Source: Nitrosopumilaceae archaeon | Lineage (GTDB): Archaea > Thermoproteota > Nitrososphaeria > Nitrososphaerales > Nitrosopumilaceae | DNA: 64,000 nt | Assembly: GCA_965207375.1 (NCBI GenBank) | Contig: OZ242274.1 | Location: forward strand, 1,984,001 to 2,048,000 | Direction: 5' to 3' | Part shown: piece by piece, positions 40,147 to 50,195 of the stretch | Layout of the letters: each line of letters starts with the position of its first letter | Numbering within the stretch: the first letter of the stretch is position 1 | Notes under the pieces: model-generated | What the model was told of the DNA's origin: nothing | Database searches by the model: none | Seen by the model: the letters and a program-made list of their open reading frames with translations, nothing else | Program-made: the position numbers and the translations under genes

Positions 40147-40770
40147 TTGAGTAACGAGATAACACCAGAGCCATTAATTGCTGTACCAGGTTATGTAGAT
40201 ACGTCTTTACTCAAGGAAGTACAATATACAAAATCTCTATTAGAACACGGTAAATCAATATCAAATGGCCCTAATGATGTTGAGACCTGGAATAAGGTAC
40301 TAGCAGCATTTGGACATTTGGATCAAGGCAAAATGACAGCAGCTGAAGCCCAAGTCAATGCTGATACATACGGAGGCCCATTATGGTCAAGAATTGCAGC
40401 AGCAATTAGCGAGTTAGAGGCAGATGTACCTGCAGGCATTAACGCAGAACCAACAGAACAGCAGCCTATACCAGATTCAATACCAGATTCAATACCAGAT
40501 ACAATACAAGATATACAAATTGAGCCTGAACCTGAACCAACGCCTGCAATAGACCCAGAACTAATTGAGGATGTAAAGTACATGGCATCTATGACACATC
40601 ACGGTCATGATCACGTTGACAGATGGAATAAGGTACTAGCAGCATTGGGGGTGATACAACATGATAATCCAATTACAGCTGCCGAGGCTGAAGCAAATTC
40701 AAAGAAATATTCTAGTCCACTATGGCCAAAGATTGCAGAGATTTTGAAGCAATTAGAGAATGCCAGCTAA
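40147..40770 (+). CDS. Protein made of two His/Trp repeat domains (HG..HVDRWN.VL...TAAEA...PLW) joined by a Pro-rich linker
   Basis: Second domain is near-identical to the three repeats in 51932..54283; no signal peptide, so possibly 5'-truncated. Confidence 0.75.
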   Translation: MSNEITPEPLIAVPGYVDTSLLKEVQYTKSLLEHGKSISNGPNDVETWNKVLAAFGHLDQGKMTAAEAQVNADTYGGPLWSRIAAAISELEADVPAGINAEPTEQQPIPDSIPDSIPDTIQDIQIEPEPEPTPAIDPELIEDVKYMASMTHHGHDHVDRWNKVLAALGVIQHDNPITAAEAEANSKKYSSPLWPKIAEILKQLENAS

Positions 40771-40927
40771 AGGAACAAACAATCAATAAAATTTTGAAAT
40801 CAAGGTTTACGTAAAACATACCACATGTCAAACTGTATCACATGACGTTAACAATTACAATTATTTTCTAGTGTCAAAGATTTCCAATTTGGATGTTTTT
40901 TTAAATATTTTTCAGGTAATTTCCTGT

Positions 40928-41125
40928 ATGACTCAAACCTGTAAAGGAATATGTGAGCGATTCAAATTTGATTTGTTGTCTAGCAGTCTGCGATACAAGA
41001 TTGGGCAGAAATGGTGTTCTCTGTGTGCGCTGTTTTTTCTTACAGAGGATGTGATGTGTCCATGTTGTAAAACACGATTAAGATCAAGGCCTAGATGCAA
41101 AAAGGAAAATGTGTCAAGATTGTAA
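40928..41125 (+). CDS. Small Cys-rich zinc-finger protein
   Basis: CKGIC...RY..GQKWCSLC...CPCC..RLR; probable ATG at 40928. Confidence 0.7.
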   Translation: MTQTCKGICERFKFDLLSSSLRYKIGQKWCSLCALFFLTEDVMCPCCKTRLRSRPRCKKENVSRL

Positions 41126-41596
41126 GTCACGTATTTTGATTCTTGATTGATATAGTTTGTAGGCAGTTATCCCGTTAAAGCCAAAAATTATCAACAGTCC
41201 AACATACGCCAAAGGTTGGCTGTACTGTATCAGTACAGCCGAAATTCCTGTTCCAAACACGCCAGGTAGTAATGAAAGAACATACAGCCACCAGCCACAG
41301 CACCCCAATGGCACCAGAGAAAAAAACGAGAAAAACGAGGTCGTAGCAGTGCTGCTAGAATTGACACCAAAGTATTTGCGTTTTGCATTTAGGCGGCACC
41401 CCAAGGCCTTGCTTTTTTCAGAAAGGTAGACCTGTATGCCGATTCCTACACCCATTCCTATAATTACAACGGAATTAAGCTCAAATGCTGCGCTGATTGC
41501 ATATTGGGCAGGCAGTGCAGGAGTTGTTGCGACCACTATTCCCAGATAAATTACAACAGTAACAGTACCCACAATGACAGATTTTAAAAGAGTCAC
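41114..41596 (-). CDS. Membrane protein with GCC motif
   Basis: Four hydrophobic segments, LGCCGWW; overlaps the DUF3179 gene by 4 bp. Confidence 0.7.
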   Translation of the reverse strand: MTLLKSVIVGTVTVVIYLGIVVATTPALPAQYAISAAFELNSVVIIGMGVGIGIQVYLSEKSKALGCRLNAKRKYFGVNSSSTATTSFFSFFSLVPLGCCGWWLYVLSLLPGVFGTGISAVLIQYSQPLAYVGLLIIFGFNGITAYKLYQSRIKIRDLQS

Positions 41597-42690
41597 GGAG
41601 AATACACCTCAGTGTATGGATGAAATGCAACCCATTCAAACCAAAAGCCTGGACTAAAGGCAAGACGAGATAGATGATGGCCCTCTAGCTTGCCAGAGAC
41701 TGCCTTGCCGTCATAATTCCATGCAGAGTCGGTTTGAATATCAACTAAAACATCATTGTCATATCTAAAGTCCAGAGTCTGATTGCCAAGATTTCGCTCA
41801 AAGGCACGGCTGTTTTCATTGTATTTTGAAATCAGCAAGACAGGAACATTAGAGATTTCATCATTTATGGCCATTATGGATTCTACATCATTTTGTTTGT
41901 ATGCCTTGAATTTATCATTGATGTGAAATCCCAAGATTATTTCCTTAGGATGCATTCTATCATCATCATTTTCAACAGGAAATATTACGCGTGAATCAGT
42001 ATAATAGTTGCCATAGGGATCAACCCCATACGAACGTAGATGACCCGTATCAGTAGTAAGGACTAGAGTGTCAGGATAAAGTACCTTCCAATCACCCCAG
42101 CTCATAACATCAAATGGTACTATCCTGAGTTGCTGCCCCGTTAATTCTCCCTTGATGGCAGTGCCTAGTGCCTGGCTCCAATAGGTTCCAGTCAATCTGT
42201 CATACATTACCAAATTACTATTGTATAATTTTCCCGAAGTTCCAAACTCTACCTCTACTCCGTCCAAAACCCTTTCAAAAACTTGGTTGGTAAAACACAG
42301 AGGGCAATAAGTAACAGATACAGGCAAACCTCCCACCACGTCATTTACAATCTCATGCCAGACTAAAATAAACAGAGGATATGCCCGAATATCACCATCA
42401 ATGTTTAGTCCAATTACCAAATCAGAGTCAGACACAAAGTCTGCATCTAGAGCAGTTGAGAATTTTGGATCATCAATTGATGGAATGCCATCAGGTGGGG
42501 GACCTCCTCCTACAATCTTGTTTAAAGGTACAAGATGTTTTTGGCCATTTGTGACTAGTATTTTCATTTCAGTGTCAGAAGATGTAGTAATTGTTTCAGA
42601 TGTGTTTTGTGTATCAAGGCCATATACAAAAAATACAGTGATTCCAACAACTAAAGTACCCGCTATTAAACCAATTATTTTTGAATTCAA
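41593..42690 (-). CDS. DUF3179 domain protein, membrane anchored
   Basis: GGPPPDGIPSID.P, RAYP..IL.WHEIVND, YCPLC, FGTSGKLYNSNLVMYDR, FWFEW.AFHP. Confidence 0.9.
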   Translation of the reverse strand: MNSKIIGLIAGTLVVGITVFFVYGLDTQNTSETITTSSDTEMKILVTNGQKHLVPLNKIVGGGPPPDGIPSIDDPKFSTALDADFVSDSDLVIGLNIDGDIRAYPLFILVWHEIVNDVVGGLPVSVTYCPLCFTNQVFERVLDGVEVEFGTSGKLYNSNLVMYDRLTGTYWSQALGTAIKGELTGQQLRIVPFDVMSWGDWKVLYPDTLVLTTDTGHLRSYGVDPYGNYYTDSRVIFPVENDDDRMHPKEIILGFHINDKFKAYKQNDVESIMAINDEISNVPVLLISKYNENSRAFERNLGNQTLDFRYDNDVLVDIQTDSAWNYDGKAVSGKLEGHHLSRLAFSPGFWFEWVAFHPYTEVYSP

Positions 42691-42810
42691 ATTTGAATAA
42701 AATAATATTCCAAAATATTAAAGAATTATTCCAAGTATTTTGGCAACATAGATAGCACACAAGTATCACAGATTAAGTTGGCAAGCATAAACTCTTGATG
42801 TTTTGCCGTT

Positions 42811-45771
42811 TTATGGTACAGTAAAGAAATCAGTAACTACCAAGTCATGGTACTCAAGTTGTGCTACATGGACCCCAGAATCAAATGGAATCGACAGTGA
42901 TTCGTTAAACATTCCATCTGGACTGTCCTTGAGGGCAACAGACTCTACAAGAGTTCCTTGCTGGTTGTAAATGTCCACAAACAGGTCCTCACGAAATTCA
43001 ATTGTTTTTTGTACTGCACCTGAAATCAACAAAACATCATTATCATAGTTGGCCTCTATGACTGCAGAAGGATTCCTAGTGGGCAGATAGCGCTCAATTA
43101 AGCGCTCCAAATCAGCCAATCCATCGCTTACAACATTGACATTTCTATTTATCAGACCTGATTTTATTTCAGATATTGTAGATATAAAGAGGGGATTAGA
43201 TTCATAATTGCCGCTGCCAAATGTTTCCATAAAGTTTTGCAGTTCCTCGAATTGGCGTGCAAACTCTACTGAATCAAGATCTGCACTGCGTGACTGGTAA
43301 ATTTCTGTGTCGGCAATATGGGCAATCTGTGATGCCCGAGCGTCTTGATATTGCAACATTACAGTATAAAGACCCGGAGCAGTGGGGGCAATCCACTGTG
43401 TAAAGAAATCACCCTGACGGGTATCAGTAAATTCTAAGAAACTGTGTTTGTCACCACCGATGTCGTAAATTGTAACATAAAGATTCTCACGCCTATCGTG
43501 TACTGATTTGTCAACTGCACCCTGTAATGTCCAAATGTCGCGTTCTGAGTCATATGATATGTCAAATATGATTTTTGGATTTTTCAATGGTAGATGGTCT
43601 GCTAGATATTTGCCTATCTCCTTGATTTTTTTGTCTGCATCTATGAAATTTCCATATTCGATTAATTCGTATGCATCATCTACCAGAGAATTATAACCCT
43701 GTGCATGTTGTGCAAAGTCAGAATTGTAAAATGCAGAAACTGCCTCCGAATACACCTCAAGCTGCTCCCTGTACTTTATCCTCTGTAGCTCATCCAAAGA
43801 GTATCCCGTATCAGAACCATTAGGATCATCAGCATATGCTCCTGAAACAGTCTTCCATTCTGAAAATAGTTCTCGAACCAGCGAATCTGCAGAATCTAGA
43901 TCGTTTTGCATGACTAGGTGACGAACCCTGTCTAATCTCTGATTTACAGAATCTGTAAAGTCGACAAATCCTGGCAGGAATTTGTTCTTTCTTAGACTCA
44001 ATTCGGCAAGATTTTCTATGGATTTTGCACGTTGCAAGATATCACTTGCCTTTGCCTCATAGGATTTGCTTGCATTGCTTTGAAGATCATTGCGAATTGA
44101 AGGCGCGATTTGACTAGCCCATGTAAGTAACACCTCTACCCTGTCAATTTTAGAAAAAGTCTGTATCCCATCTTTGATTTGCTCAGCAGAGTGAATTGCC
44201 CTCAAGGCCTGATTAATCAGGATCAAATTTTTGTAATCTGCTTGTATCTCGGCCTTTTGTTTTAACTGTTCATATTCAAATTTTAAAGAATCTAGGGGGT
44301 TTCTCTTGTCTCTTAATTCTGTAATACTGTTATCAAATGCAGTAACTATATCTAAAATATCATCAAGTGAATCTGCATTTTTGACATTTGCAAGTAAAGA
44401 TTTCCAATTGTCTACATATGTGGTATCAATGCCAATAGTTTGAGCAATCTCAACTGATTTTGATATTCTAGAGGATATATCTGAAACGTTTTTCATACTT
44501 GCAATTTCAGATTCGGATGCAAGTATGTCATCAACTGAAGTAGCAAGTTCTAAACGCAATACAAGAGAATCCCATTTAGGTTTTAAGATATTTGCCAGAT
44601 CAGAATTTTCCTGTTTATCAGAAGAGATGAATCTATCAACGCCGTTTAGATTGTGTAAAAGTAATGCTGCTGCATGCAACTTGCCAACTGTGTTACCTTG
44701 TGCAAGCAAGTCAGAGATATTTTCGTTAGTACGTAACGAGTCACGTGTCGAATTCCAATCAGAACTTACCAGCCTGTACAACGGAGTATCCTTTCTAGAT
44801 ACAACATCAAGATATCTTGATTTTGAAAGTATGTCTACTAGGTCAGAAATATCATCAGAATGCAAAGGAGCTGTGCCTCTAGACAGGATAAATGCAATCT
44901 CTTCTTTTACTTGGGAGCTCATTACAGTGTCGGTTTTTTTCATTAAATTAAGCAAGGTATCTTCAAGTTCAGAAAACGACAGTTGTCTTGTAGTTTTGAT
45001 CGGATCAATGTTTTTTAGATCTTCAAATGCATCATTGATGATAGTTACTGCCTTGTTTGTATTTCCAATCTCATAATGAAATATTGCAGAATAAATCAGG
45101 CCGTTAATTTGTTTGGACATATCACTGTTGATTTGTCCAGAATCTAGTAGGCTTTTAGTAGAATCAATTGCAGAGGAGATTATAGGTCTAAACATTGGAT
45201 TTACATCAAAGATAGAATCATCAACGATAAATTGCGCCCATAGATCCACATAAAGTGACTCCAAATCAGGCAGGCTTGTAGCAGAAGCTAGTCGTGAGGA
45301 ATACTCGTCAAGGTTCAGACTTGATCTGTTTTGAATGGATTGAATTTTTGCGCCAGCCAAAGCAGATGCAGTATCAAACATGGTAGAATTGTCAAGAGAT
45401 GCAAAGGTTTGTCCAGATACTGTAAAGAGGGAACTTTTGGCGTGATCACCGTAGAACAGTCTTAAATTATAATTACCTTCAATGCCACAGATATTTCCAG
45501 ACAACGGAGTGGGATCTGTAATAAAGACACCGTTAGAAAGCGGGGTAATTTGCTGGATTTGGCACAGATCACCACGAGGATTTGAAATCTGCATTATCAA
45601 AAACGCATCAGGAGTCACATTTGCTACTTGTCCAAATACAAAAAGTATCTGTCCTTTTTGATACGTACCCAAGTTATCCAAAATTGTGATTCGATCAGGA
45701 CTTTGAGAAAATGCATGTGCAGGAACAAGTAAAATTACAAACAATACCATAACTACAAACAATCTGACCAT
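42811..45771 (-). CDS. Large secreted/surface hypothetical protein
   Basis: Signal peptide (AHAFS); beta-rich terminal domains around a long helical middle. Confidence 0.8.
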   Translation of the reverse strand: MVRLFVVMVLFVILLVPAHAFSQSPDRITILDNLGTYQKGQILFVFGQVANVTPDAFLIMQISNPRGDLCQIQQITPLSNGVFITDPTPLSGNICGIEGNYNLRLFYGDHAKSSLFTVSGQTFASLDNSTMFDTASALAGAKIQSIQNRSSLNLDEYSSRLASATSLPDLESLYVDLWAQFIVDDSIFDVNPMFRPIISSAIDSTKSLLDSGQINSDMSKQINGLIYSAIFHYEIGNTNKAVTIINDAFEDLKNIDPIKTTRQLSFSELEDTLLNLMKKTDTVMSSQVKEEIAFILSRGTAPLHSDDISDLVDILSKSRYLDVVSRKDTPLYRLVSSDWNSTRDSLRTNENISDLLAQGNTVGKLHAAALLLHNLNGVDRFISSDKQENSDLANILKPKWDSLVLRLELATSVDDILASESEIASMKNVSDISSRISKSVEIAQTIGIDTTYVDNWKSLLANVKNADSLDDILDIVTAFDNSITELRDKRNPLDSLKFEYEQLKQKAEIQADYKNLILINQALRAIHSAEQIKDGIQTFSKIDRVEVLLTWASQIAPSIRNDLQSNASKSYEAKASDILQRAKSIENLAELSLRKNKFLPGFVDFTDSVNQRLDRVRHLVMQNDLDSADSLVRELFSEWKTVSGAYADDPNGSDTGYSLDELQRIKYREQLEVYSEAVSAFYNSDFAQHAQGYNSLVDDAYELIEYGNFIDADKKIKEIGKYLADHLPLKNPKIIFDISYDSERDIWTLQGAVDKSVHDRRENLYVTIYDIGGDKHSFLEFTDTRQGDFFTQWIAPTAPGLYTVMLQYQDARASQIAHIADTEIYQSRSADLDSVEFARQFEELQNFMETFGSGNYESNPLFISTISEIKSGLINRNVNVVSDGLADLERLIERYLPTRNPSAVIEANYDNDVLLISGAVQKTIEFREDLFVDIYNQQGTLVESVALKDSPDGMFNESLSIPFDSGVHVAQLEYHDLVVTDFFTVP

Positions 45772-45902
45772 AGAAAATCATGAACAAAGTATCTTACTTA
45801 AAACTTCGGCACTAAAAATTGTCTGATTTGCAAAGTCATCACGGAAATTCTAAATCATATATAATGATCACATTGAAATTGAGTTGAAAAGCTGGTAAAT
45901 GT

Positions 45903-46532
45903 ATGGATTCAGTTGAAAAAAATTTTGACAGATGGGCGCACAATGGAAGAGCAGAGCTTATGGAAAGAGAGCACGGCAGGCCTGTAAAAAAATTTTTAGA
46001 AAAGGCAGATTTTGGAAAGTCGTTTACGTTTTTAGATATTGGATGTGGAAACGGATGGGTCGTAAGGGCCGTTGCCAGCTTTAATAATTGCAAAAAAGCC
46101 ACAGGCATAGATAAAAGTAAAAAAATGATCAAAAACGCCGCTCAAAAAAGAAACTCTACAAAAGAGGATTATATCACAGCAGATATAGAAGAATGGAACA
46201 CTGCAAAAAGATTTGATCGTATTTTTTCAATGGAGACAATATACTATACAAAATCTCCACAAAAAGCATTAAAAAATATTTTCAAACTGCTAAAGCCAGG
46301 AGGGATGTTTTTTTGTGGAACAGACTTTTATGCAGAGAACAAGGCAACTGCAAACTGGTCTGAAAAAATGAATCTCAACATGCACCTGTTATCAAAAAAA
46401 CAATGGAAGTCTTTGTTTGAGGATACAAGATTTGAAACCAAAACCATGATGATCAAAGACAAGACAGATCGTAAAAAATGGAAGCAAGAGCTTGGAACAT
46501 TATTTATCATAGGCACAAAACCGTCAAGATAA
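45903..46532 (+). CDS. Class I SAM-dependent methyltransferase
   Basis: FLDIGCGNG, GIDKS, FD..FS.E, LLKPGG. Confidence 0.92.
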   Translation: MDSVEKNFDRWAHNGRAELMEREHGRPVKKFLEKADFGKSFTFLDIGCGNGWVVRAVASFNNCKKATGIDKSKKMIKNAAQKRNSTKEDYITADIEEWNTAKRFDRIFSMETIYYTKSPQKALKNIFKLLKPGGMFFCGTDFYAENKATANWSEKMNLNMHLLSKKQWKSLFEDTRFETKTMMIKDKTDRKKWKQELGTLFIIGTKPSR

Positions 46533-46561
46533 TTTCAAATAGACGGAACATGTAAAGAAAC

Positions 46562-46854
46562 ATCAAGCGAGCTGGAGCACGACACGCTGCTACGGCAGAG
46601 GAAACTCCTCCCTCCCTACAGGAAATGTGATCTGGAGATAGATAATCAGAGATGGTTGGAAACAGAACAGAAAAACAATCCCTGCCGAAATTACAGTGAT
46701 GGTGAAAAACCTGAGATGTTCGGCGAAGGAATGAAAGAGCTGGCCCACATGGAGCAAGGCCAAATAGAACCTTACGTGCCTGTACCGGGTTCAGGTAGGC
46801 TGCAAAGCTAAATATCGTGAAAACAAAAGGAGGGTTACTCCCAGCACGCTTGAT
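46562..46854 (+). ncRNA. rnpB: Archaeal RNase P RNA
   Basis: P1 ATCAAGCG/CGCTTGAT; P4 halves GAGGAAACTCC and AACAAAAGGAGGGTTA; GGAGCAAGGCCAAATAG. Confidence 0.92.
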
Positions 46855-46982
46855 ACATTACGATAATGTATCTGTTAACGTTGTTTTGAATTTATGGTTT
46901 AGATATGAAGTTACTTTGAAAAGATAGAATAAAAATTCAGGGCAGACGTTGACACTTGATAACTAGAGGTATAATGAAAATT

Positions 46983-48353
46983 TTAAAATGATTGAACGTG
47001 TTCTTTGCATACAGATGAAATGCATAAACAGTCTGCATCGCACAAACAAGAACTTTGCATCTGGCAGTCACACTCGTTTCCCATATCAGCTGATGCTGCA
47101 CATCCACATGCTGCCTCAGATACAGGAGCCGTAGGAGGACTCGTCTGAGTTTGCTGGTTTGCAGCATCATCATAAACATTGCGTGTCTGCTGGTATGATA
47201 AATCGTCTCGCAGTTGTGCTTCACCGCGGTTGGTCTTGTAGCCGCCAGAGCTTGCACTTGTTGAATAGCCTACTAGTCTTGACGGGTCAATTCCGGACTG
47301 TCCCTGACCACTTGTCTTCTTTGTCTGTCTGCTGCTATACACAAAAAATGCGACACCGCCAACTGCTGCCATTCCTGCCATGCCATACATGATAGTTACT
47401 GAAAAGTCGCCAGTATTTGGAGTAGTATAATTATCAGGAGGAGTTGACCGTACGCCAAGAATTTCAATTCCATCTAGGACATCTAATTGTGAGAATCCAA
47501 TTACATGCACATTTGCGTTATCTGCAGATTGTACCGTTCTAATTTCATATGTTTTATCAGCGGCAAATGTTGCATCAAATTCTCTTTCAATTTGAATGCC
47601 TTCCCTGAGGCTACTCTCACCCATTGTATAACTTGAAATTACAAATCCAGATATTTCATCACTTAGGCCAAATTGGGAAGCATCGACATTGATTCCGGTA
47701 GGATCAAACAAAAAGTGCCAGTTTGTCAATGGTTGATCTCTGATAAAGTCAGCATTTATGAGATTTACCTTGAGCAAATCTTCTGCCTCTGAGCCTTCAA
47801 TTAATGATGCAAGTGCCGGATCTTGTGACGCTATAGCAGAAAATGGATAATTTATCTCAACGCCATCTATTTCAATTGGATCCTGAATGCTAAGAGCTCT
47901 CCAACCCATGTCAATTAATGCAGGATTTTGTCCATCACTTGCACGAATAGTATATGCACCTATATCACCTGTGATCAATACCTGATAGTCTACTGCAGCA
48001 CTTAGTGGATTCCCCCTGAAATTGGCAAAATATTCAACATTGAGATTCGAAACGCTTGCCTGACTGCCATCTGCCCAAATGTTTTGGTTTAATGCGTCAG
48101 CTACTGCCTGGGAATCAAGAGTTTCTGGAGCAGCACTAGCAGATACAGACCAACTAGTACCACGTAGTGAATCTGCCACTTGTCCACCTTCCAAATATTC
48201 AATGAAAATTGTTTTTTGATATCTGATTTTAAATTCTGATGATTTCTCGTCTGGATTGATACTAGTTTCTAATTGTGCTGCATTTGCAGTAGAAATAGTA
48301 CCAAAAACAAGAATTGAGGCAACTAAAACTGAGAGTAAAATGACTCTTTGCAC
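46983..48353 (-). CDS. Surface/membrane protein with C-terminal TM anchor and Cys-rich tail
   Basis: GTG at 48353 gives a signal peptide (STANA) and removes the overlap with cofD; TM YGMAGMAAVGGVAFF; nine Cys in the last ~42 aa. Confidence 0.8.
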   Translation of the reverse strand: MQRVILLSVLVASILVFGTISTANAAQLETSINPDEKSSEFKIRYQKTIFIEYLEGGQVADSLRGTSWSVSASAAPETLDSQAVADALNQNIWADGSQASVSNLNVEYFANFRGNPLSAAVDYQVLITGDIGAYTIRASDGQNPALIDMGWRALSIQDPIEIDGVEINYPFSAIASQDPALASLIEGSEAEDLLKVNLINADFIRDQPLTNWHFLFDPTGINVDASQFGLSDEISGFVISSYTMGESSLREGIQIEREFDATFAADKTYEIRTVQSADNANVHVIGFSQLDVLDGIEILGVRSTPPDNYTTPNTGDFSVTIMYGMAGMAAVGGVAFFVYSSRQTKKTSGQGQSGIDPSRLVGYSTSASSGGYKTNRGEAQLRDDLSYQQTRNVYDDAANQQTQTSPPTAPVSEAACGCAASADMGNECDCQMQSSCLCDADCLCISSVCKEHVQSF

Positions 48354-48465
48354 GCAAATTTTGATAAATATCTTACATATTAAACTTATCTTCAAAACCC
48401 AAGGATCGATCAGATTTTGAAAAAGTAATATTGAGCGATATAGCCCAATAATGTGTTCTAGAGAA

Positions 48466-49386
48466 ATGATTACAGTACTTTCAGGCGGCACAGGCTCAGT
48501 AAAACTAGTCAGAGGGTTTGCCGCACAGGATAGCAATGTAAACGTAATAAGTAACGTAGGCGACAATTATTGGCTTTACGGCATGTATGTGTGTCCAGAT
48601 ATCGATACTGTGATTTACGGCTTGGCAGATCTTTTAGACCAAGACAAGGGATGGGGAATCAAAAAAGACACCTTTAACTTTTTGAGACAGATGGAGGTAT
48701 TTGGAGAAGAGGCATGGTTCAGAATAGGAGACCGAGATGCTGCAACACACCTGATTAGAACCAATATGCTAAAAAACGGAAAAAACCTAAGCGACATTAC
48801 AAAATGGATGTGTAAGAAATTTGCAATTAATACAAAGATCATACCAGTTACTGACAATACAATTGAAACTCGAATAACTACAAACAAGGGAGAGTTACAC
48901 CTTCAAGAGTATTGGGTAAAATACAGAGGGATGGATAAAGTTGAAGGCATACAGTATATAGGAGCTGACAAGGCAAGGCCTAATCCAGAGGCAGTCAATG
49001 CCATTCAAGATTCCCAGCTAGTAGTTTTAGCTCCGGGCAATCCATTGACAAGCATTGGACCCATGCTACAAATTAAAGGGATAAGAAAGGAATTATCAAA
49101 ACGAAAAAAGAAGGTGGTTGCAGTTAGTCCGCTAATCGGAGACAAGGCAATCAGCGGTCCTGCAGCAAAATACATGCAGGCAGCAGGCATAGAAGCAAAT
49201 GCATACGGTGTAGCAAAAATGTATTCTGATGTTTGTTCAAACATAATTATTGATTCAAAGGACAAGGCACTTTCAAAAAAGATCCAAAACCTTGACATGA
49301 AGGTGTTTGAGACAAAAATTACAATGAAGACAAAACAGGCAGAGGACGTACTTGCCTCGTTCATTCTAAAACAAGTTCACGTTTAA
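48466..49386 (+). CDS. cofD: 2-phospho-L-lactate transferase (F420 biosynthesis)
   Basis: LSGGTG, NVGD, CPDIDTV.Y, WFRIGDRD.ATH, HLQEYWV, SGPA. Confidence 0.95.
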   Translation: MITVLSGGTGSVKLVRGFAAQDSNVNVISNVGDNYWLYGMYVCPDIDTVIYGLADLLDQDKGWGIKKDTFNFLRQMEVFGEEAWFRIGDRDAATHLIRTNMLKNGKNLSDITKWMCKKFAINTKIIPVTDNTIETRITTNKGELHLQEYWVKYRGMDKVEGIQYIGADKARPNPEAVNAIQDSQLVVLAPGNPLTSIGPMLQIKGIRKELSKRKKKVVAVSPLIGDKAISGPAAKYMQAAGIEANAYGVAKMYSDVCSNIIIDSKDKALSKKIQNLDMKVFETKITMKTKQAEDVLASFILKQVHV

Positions 49387-49387
49387 T

Positions 49388-50029
49388 TTGTTAAAAACGG
49401 CTGTAATCATACCAGTAAAGACATTTTCTAGGGCAAAATCACGCCTAGATTTGCCAAGTAACATCAAAGGCATGCTGTGTAAGATGATGTTTGAAGAGTT
49501 GTTGCACACAGTTGCAACTAGTGTGCAAATTGCAGACATTATAATTGTGACAAAGGATAAAACAGCAATTAGCATATCAGAAAAATTCAATGCTGCAATA
49601 ATACATGATGAAAAAGAGGAAGGTGTCAATCAAGCAGTGGCACTAGCAGACGATTATGTTAAAAAAAACAACATCGGGGCAACCATAGTACTGCCACAAG
49701 ACATCCCGTTTATAAAAACACAAGATATTGATTTTTTATTAAAAATTCAAATTCCTCCCAATTTCGTTACAATCGTGCCATCAAGAAAATTTGATGGGAC
49801 AAATGCGTTACTTAGAATGCCGCATGACATAATGGAGACATCATATGATCAGGACAGTTACCGTGCCCACATAAATACTGCAAAAAAACATACGCGTAAT
49901 TCATCTATATTATTTGTCAGGAGGATGATGACAGATATTGATGATACTGAGGACATAAAATATGCTTTGGAGCAAAATGAAAAGCCTTGGTTTTGTGATA
50001 AGATCAGGGCGCTTTTGAATCAGGAATAG
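49388..50029 (+). CDS. cofC: 2-phospho-L-lactate guanylyltransferase
   Basis: IPVK...AKSRL, DIP, DGTNAL, DIDD..D; adjacent to cofD. Confidence 0.93.
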   Translation: MLKTAVIIPVKTFSRAKSRLDLPSNIKGMLCKMMFEELLHTVATSVQIADIIIVTKDKTAISISEKFNAAIIHDEKEEGVNQAVALADDYVKKNNIGATIVLPQDIPFIKTQDIDFLLKIQIPPNFVTIVPSRKFDGTNALLRMPHDIMETSYDQDSYRAHINTAKKHTRNSSILFVRRMMTDIDDTEDIKYALEQNEKPWFCDKIRALLNQE

Positions 50030-50164
50030 TCAGAATCTTACAGGTATGCTAACATTTGATAGTTTCATGTCCTCCCCCTGCGGCGGCAGTTCAAGCTTTT
50101 GGCAAGACTCAGTTTTGTCTGATTCAGGTGAAGGTGGTAACCTAGATGAATTTTCAAAATACAT
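50030..50164 (-). CDS. Possible 44-aa peptide
   Basis: Manual translation MYFENSSRLPPSPESDKTESCQKLELPPQGEDMKLSNVSIPVRF*; fills the intergenic gap. Confidence 0.3.
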   Translation of the reverse strand: MYFENSSRLPPSPESDKTESCQKLELPPQGEDMKLSNVSIPVRF

Positions 50165-50195
50165 AGGGCAATGAATTTGTCTGGGAAAAATGACA

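Noticed and set aside
48354-48566. N-terminal extension of the 527-aa ORF (similar extensions on purM, GNAT, 54371 ORF)
   Set aside because: Overlaps neighbouring genes or precedes the conserved N-terminus or signal peptide; downstream starts fit better
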